A DNA stretch of 31,003 bases. Source: Candidatus Sumerlaeota bacterium. Its GTDB lineage: Bacteria > UBP6 > UBA1177. The notes beneath the pieces are model-generated. The model worked only from the letters and a program-made list of their open reading frames with translations, was not told where the DNA came from and ran no database searches. A program made the translations under genes and the position numbers. Positions 26,809 through 31,003 of the stretch are shown piece after piece (within the stretch, counting starts at the first letter, position 1; each line of letters begins with the position of its first letter). The stretch covers positions 1 through 31,003 of the forward strand of contig SLGQ01000158.1 in the NCBI GenBank assembly GCA_007136595.1, in the 5' to 3' direction.

Positions 26809-28955
26809 TGTATGAGAAAGAAATTGACATAAAGCAACTGCTATCTCTTTTAAGGAAACATCTTCCTGTTTTTATCGGGGTGATAATTGTAATTCTTGTT
26901 CTCACCTATGTTTATATTCAGAGATCTCCGGTAATATATTCGGCTGTCGCGACAGTTGAGATAGAGCCCAGATCTGCTGACATTCTGGGTGGCGGAATGG
27001 AGATAGTGTCTGCCGGAACACAGGGATCTTACTGGTCCAACAAGGAGTACTATGCAACTCAATATGAAATTATTCAAAGCCGCATTGTAAGCCAGAAAGT
27101 CATAGATATGATCCCTGAAGGCAGTGTCCTTAATTTTTTTGGTATTGATCCGTCATCTTTTGAGGATCCTTCAAGGTTGGAAAGGATCGATCCCGTTAGA
27201 ATGCTGCAGGGAAAGATAACTGTTGCGCCACAGAAAAACAGCAATATTGTAAGAATAAGCATAAATGATACCGACCCCGAAAAGGCGGCATTCCTGGCTA
27301 ACAGTGTTTCTTCCGCATACATAGATTTTAACTTGGAAAAAAGGTATGTAGCTACCAGAGAAGCCGCAGTATGGCTGGCTGACCAGAGTGTTAATTTAAA
27401 AAATGAACTTGAAACATCCGAGCTTGAGCTGTTTAACTTTAAAGATGAAAACAACATACTTGCCACAACTTTTGAAGACAGACAGAGTGTTCTTTCAAAA
27501 AGGATCGAAACTCTCAACAATATTCTTACAACACAGGATATTAAAAGAAATGCTTTGATGGCAAAAATGGAAGAGTACCGGAAAATTGATTTTGATGACC
27601 CTGAAGGGGGGTATTTAAAAGATATAGCCAAAGATAACCGGATAGTTTATGATTTGAGGATTAAATATCTGCAAGCACTTTCAAAATATAAAGAAAATGA
27701 GAGTATTTATGGGGAGAAACATCCTAAACAACAAGTTATTTCAGCAGAAATAAACAAAATAAGTTCTCTTTTAAGAGATGAACTTGCCAGTGTTGTGCAA
27801 AGTCATGAAATCGAGTTGAGAACATTGGAAAATGAAATAAGAAAAAACCGTAAAATGCTATCCGATGTTCAGTCAGAAGCTATAGGACTTAACAGACTTT
27901 CCATTGACTTTAACAAGTTGCAGAGAGAAGTGAACACGAATCAGAAATTATATGACATTGTTCTTGAAAGGACAAAGCAAGCTGACCTGAGTGCGCTTTT
28001 GAAAAGTAACAATGTAAGGATGATAGATAGAGCAGAAGTTCCGCATTCTCCTATAAAGCCAAGGAAAAGATTGATATTTCTGATAGGGTTGATAGTTGCG
28101 TTCATAGCCGGGTTTCTTTCGATAATTCTTATAGAGTTTCTTGAAACCAGATTCAGGGATTTTGATGAGCTGGAAAAAGCCTCAAAGAAATCGATTCTCG
28201 GTGTTGTTCCCAAATTTAAAGGTGAAGCAGGGGCTGAGAATGTTCCCGCTGAAATAGTTTTTGAATACAGCGATCAATTTGCCGCCATTGAAGCATTCAG
28301 GACCTTGAGAACCAACATAAAGCTTGGTAATCCAGACAAAGAAATGAAAAAGATACTTGTTACAAGTGCCCTTACAAAAGAAGGAAAGACAGTTCTTTCT
28401 GTAAATATCGCAGCAAGTTATGCTCTGGCAGGTAAAAAGGTTGTAATTGTTGATGCAGATATGAGAAAACCGAGGATCCATAAAGTATTTGACATTAAAA
28501 ATGATGTCGGACTTTCAACTGTTGTGATCGGAGAAGTTTCCATTGAAAACGGCATAGATTACGATGTCTATAAAGGTGTTGATGTTCTTACTTCAGGATC
28601 TGTTCCACCTAACCCTGCTGAATTGATAGAATCTAAAAGGTTCAGCGACATAATAGATCAGCTTTCAAAAAAATACGACATAATTGTTATTGACTCGCCT
28701 CCGCTTACCCCTGTGAGTGATGCGGCAACGCTTTCTGTTCTTGTTGACGGTGTCATTCTTGCAATAAACATAAATAAGACCCCCAGAGATCTTTACAGAT
28801 CGGCTGTTGAAAAAATATCTAAACCGGGGATCAGATTCCTTGGTACTGTCGTGAATATGCTCGATTTTAAAGATAAAAAAAGGTTTGCATCATACTATCA
28901 GTATTATCACTATGAACAGTATGATTCAAAACCGGAAAAAGGAAAAAGGAAATGA
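26808..28955 (+). CDS. wzc: Wzc-type polysaccharide co-polymerase with fused BY-kinase
   Basis: Two TMs flanking a coiled coil; EAFRTLRTN, Walker A SALTKEGKT, A' IVDADMRKP, Walker B IVIDSPP; C-terminal Tyr cluster SYYQYYHYEQY. Confidence 0.95.
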   Translation: MYEKEIDIKQLLSLLRKHLPVFIGVIIVILVLTYVYIQRSPVIYSAVATVEIEPRSADILGGGMEIVSAGTQGSYWSNKEYYATQYEIIQSRIVSQKVIDMIPEGSVLNFFGIDPSSFEDPSRLERIDPVRMLQGKITVAPQKNSNIVRISINDTDPEKAAFLANSVSSAYIDFNLEKRYVATREAAVWLADQSVNLKNELETSELELFNFKDENNILATTFEDRQSVLSKRIETLNNILTTQDIKRNALMAKMEEYRKIDFDDPEGGYLKDIAKDNRIVYDLRIKYLQALSKYKENESIYGEKHPKQQVISAEINKISSLLRDELASVVQSHEIELRTLENEIRKNRKMLSDVQSEAIGLNRLSIDFNKLQREVNTNQKLYDIVLERTKQADLSALLKSNNVRMIDRAEVPHSPIKPRKRLIFLIGLIVAFIAGFLSIILIEFLETRFRDFDELEKASKKSILGVVPKFKGEAGAENVPAEIVFEYSDQFAAIEAFRTLRTNIKLGNPDKEMKKILVTSALTKEGKTVLSVNIAASYALAGKKVVIVDADMRKPRIHKVFDIKNDVGLSTVVIGEVSIENGIDYDVYKGVDVLTSGSVPPNPAELIESKRFSDIIDQLSKKYDIIVIDSPPLTPVSDAATLSVLVDGVILAININKTPRDLYRSAVEKISKPGIRFLGTVVNMLDFKDKKRFASYYQYYHYEQYDSKPEKGKRK

Positions 28956-29605
28956 TAAAGTATTTTTTTTCATTTTGTCTCTTTATCTTTTTTGTGTCAT
29001 GTGAATCTCCATATATGGTTAGACATCCCGTTTCTGCAGGAGACACATACTATCTTTATGCAACATATTACGGTGATGAATTTGAGGGGAGACAAGCTGC
29101 CGATGGCTCCACATTTTCACAAAGTGAGATGACTTGTGCGGCAAGAGGTTTCCCTTTTGGGACAATGCTTGAAGTCAAATCAATAGCAACAGGAAAAAAA
29201 GTTGTAGTTAAAGTAACCGACAGACCTGGAAAAAATGTAGTTGACCTGTCAAAAGCCGCATTTGAAAAGATAGATGATCTTTCCAAAGGAAAAATAAGAG
29301 TGAAGGTAAAGGTTGTAAAAAGAGGTGCTGCACAAGCTTCTCAAAAAAGAGATCCCGGCAGTGTCCCTGAAAAGGTTTCGGAGCAAAAAACAGGACACTA
29401 CACTTTGCAGGTTTACAGGTTCGGAGATCTTGAAATTGCCAAAGAAATAGAGACTGGTCTTAACCTTGACTGTTATATTTTTGCAAAAGATGGCTTTTAT
29501 TTTGTAAGGTGCGGTAGTTTTACAACCCGAAAGGAAGCTGAACAGTTTAAAAATGAACATTTTTCCGATGAAAAAGATGCAGTTGTCATTGAGATGTCTG
29601 ACTGA
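28952..29605 (+). CDS. rlpA: RlpA-family lytic transglycosylase lipoprotein (DPBB + SPOR)
   Basis: Lipobox FVSC; ATYYG...G...MT....PFGT...VVVKVTDR...VVDLSKAAF; C-terminal SPOR (YTLQV...YFVRCGSFTTRKEAE). Confidence 0.8.
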   Translation: MIKYFFSFCLFIFFVSCESPYMVRHPVSAGDTYYLYATYYGDEFEGRQAADGSTFSQSEMTCAARGFPFGTMLEVKSIATGKKVVVKVTDRPGKNVVDLSKAAFEKIDDLSKGKIRVKVKVVKRGAAQASQKRDPGSVPEKVSEQKTGHYTLQVYRFGDLEIAKEIETGLNLDCYIFAKDGFYFVRCGSFTTRKEAEQFKNEHFSDEKDAVVIEMSD

Positions 29606-30731
29606 TCTTTTTCTTATACTTATACTTCTATTTATATTACCTTTAAATTCCAACGCACAAAACATTGCCGATCTTTTGAAATCCGAAAACTTTACTGAAG
29701 GCTTCAGACCTTACCTCAGGATCGGTATATATGTGGGTGTTGATTCAGCATTGATAGAAGGTGATGCAGAAGTTTTTGATAAAACGGGTAAAGTCGTTGC
29801 CAAGATTCAGGGGAGATATACTCTGAGTGTAAAAAACGGGAAAATCGCCATATCAAACCAGCTTACAAATGGGGATATGATAAAGTTCAAGTCAAAGTTC
29901 GGTCTTATAAAAGTGGGCAAAAGAATGTTCCGCGGCGATATTGAAGTATGGCTCAGAAACGGTAAACTGGTGCTTGTAAATGACCTGAATATTGAAGATT
30001 ATGTCAGAGGTGTCATAAATAAAGAAGTGATCCCGTCATGGCACATAGAAACAAAAAAAGCTCAGGCAGTTCTTGCAAGAACATTTGCTGTTCACCAGAA
30101 AATGTTCAACCCCAGAGACAAGCTCTTTGATCTTGCACCTACAGTCCTTGATCAGGTTTATGACGGTCTGAATCAGGAAGATGTAACTGCAAATCAGGCT
30201 GTTGACTCAACAAGGGGTGAGGTGATAACAATAGGCCATAACGCTGTCAAAATTTATTTTCATTCAACTTGCGGTGGTCGTACCGGCTCTTCGCAGGAAG
30301 TGTGGAAGATGAGAAATGATCACCTTCAGGCGGTTGATTGTCCATATTGCAGCAACTCAAGATTATACAGATGGAAAAGAGTTTTAAAGAGCAGTTTTCT
30401 CACCGAAAGATTTAAAGCGGCTGGAGCTAAGGTTGGAAATGTAAATAATATTTCAACAAAAAGGGGAGCTACAAGAGTTGATTCAGTTATAGTGAACGGT
30501 CAAAGTTTTCCTGTGAATAGATTCAGAGAAATAGTTGGATTTTCAACGATATGGTCAAATGATTTTACTGTTAAAAAACAGGGCTCCAATTTTGTTTTTG
30601 AGGGTAAAGGTGCAGGACACGGGGTAGGGGCATGTCAATGGGGAATGGAAGGAATGGCAAGGAAAAACCGGAACTATCGCCAGATACTCATGCATTATCT
30701 GACCGGTGTTGAAATAAGAAAAATGTACTGA
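29568..30731 (+). CDS. SpoIID/LytB-domain peptidoglycan lytic transglycosylase
   Basis: LVNDLNIEDYVRGVINKEV (catalytic-type Glu), KAQAVLARTFA, DQVY, YFHSTCGGRT, CPYC, GAGHGVGACQWG. Signal peptide reads from 29568 or 29577; the ORF track starts at 29553. Confidence 0.93.
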   Translation: MKKMQLSLRCLTDLFLILILLFILPLNSNAQNIADLLKSENFTEGFRPYLRIGIYVGVDSALIEGDAEVFDKTGKVVAKIQGRYTLSVKNGKIAISNQLTNGDMIKFKSKFGLIKVGKRMFRGDIEVWLRNGKLVLVNDLNIEDYVRGVINKEVIPSWHIETKKAQAVLARTFAVHQKMFNPRDKLFDLAPTVLDQVYDGLNQEDVTANQAVDSTRGEVITIGHNAVKIYFHSTCGGRTGSSQEVWKMRNDHLQAVDCPYCSNSRLYRWKRVLKSSFLTERFKAAGAKVGNVNNISTKRGATRVDSVIVNGQSFPVNRFREIVGFSTIWSNDFTVKKQGSNFVFEGKGAGHGVGACQWGMEGMARKNRNYRQILMHYLTGVEIRKMY

Positions 30732-31003
30732 TGGATACCAAGCTTTTTGACTACCATCTTCCTCCTGAACTGATCGCTGAAACTCCTCTTGACAGGGGTG
30801 ACAGCAGAATGATGATCGTTGACAGAAAAAATGGAACTTTTACACATTCACAGTTCAGAAACATAACAGAGTTCATAGACAACTCCACGACAGTTGTTTT
30901 TAATTCAACAAAAGTAATTCCTGCCCGTATTTTCGGGAAAAGAGTTACAGGCGGTTCCGTAGAGTTTCTGCTTGTCAAAAATGTTCGCAATGATATCTGG
31001 CAA
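30731..31003 (+). CDS. queA: S-adenosylmethionine:tRNA ribosyltransferase-isomerase, 3'-truncated (absent from the ORF track)
   Basis: Read from the TGATG overlap: MDTKLFDYHLPPELIAETPLDRGDSRMMIV...F.NI...VVFNSTKVIPARIFG...TGGSVEFLL. Confidence 0.95.
   Translation, partial: MDTKLFDYHLPPELIAETPLDRGDSRMMIVDRKNGTFTHSQFRNITEFIDNSTTVVFNSTKVIPARIFGKRVTGGSVEFLLVKNVRNDIWQ

Noticed and set aside
1438-30990. Numerous minus-strand and alternate-frame ORFs of 60-280 aa (e.g. 16424-17266, 24373-24975, 27074-27631, 30751-30990)
   Set aside because: All lie inside well-supported + strand genes, have no recognisable motifs, and are typical shadow ORFs. 30751-30990 is antisense to queA.
1-31003. tRNA, rRNA, CRISPR array, IS element, prophage or pseudogene
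   Set aside because: Intergenic gaps are short (the longest about 180 nt), and I saw no such structures, integrase/transposase motifs or internal stops.

Overview
An AT-rich (about 40% GC by eye, not computed) bacterial window with every credible gene on the + strand. It resembles a Myxococcota/deltaproteobacterial cell-envelope super-locus. (1) A 5'-truncated Gly-rich surface protein. (2) A motor-less Glt/Nfs-type cassette: OM beta-barrel, GltC-, GltD-, GltE-, GltF-, GltG- and GltH-like genes. (3) murI. (4) A second Glt-like cassette: unknown coiled-coil protein, GltC/D/E/F-like genes, an AglR/Q/S-like (ExbB/ExbD/ExbD) motor and GltG-like. (5) An unknown secreted Cys-pair protein, then a beta-barrel + short OPX + Wzc polysaccharide export module with no biosynthesis genes. 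(6) rlpA, a SpoIID/LytB gene and a 3'-truncated queA, chained by overlapping stop/start codons. Main hypothesis: a proton-motor-driven machine for exporting and placing surface polysaccharide, co-encoded with peptidoglycan enzymes. Notable details: the AglQ-like subunit has Asn where the channel Asp normally lies, and the motor genes appear to have their own promoter and terminator. Family calls come from motif recognition only; no searches were run.
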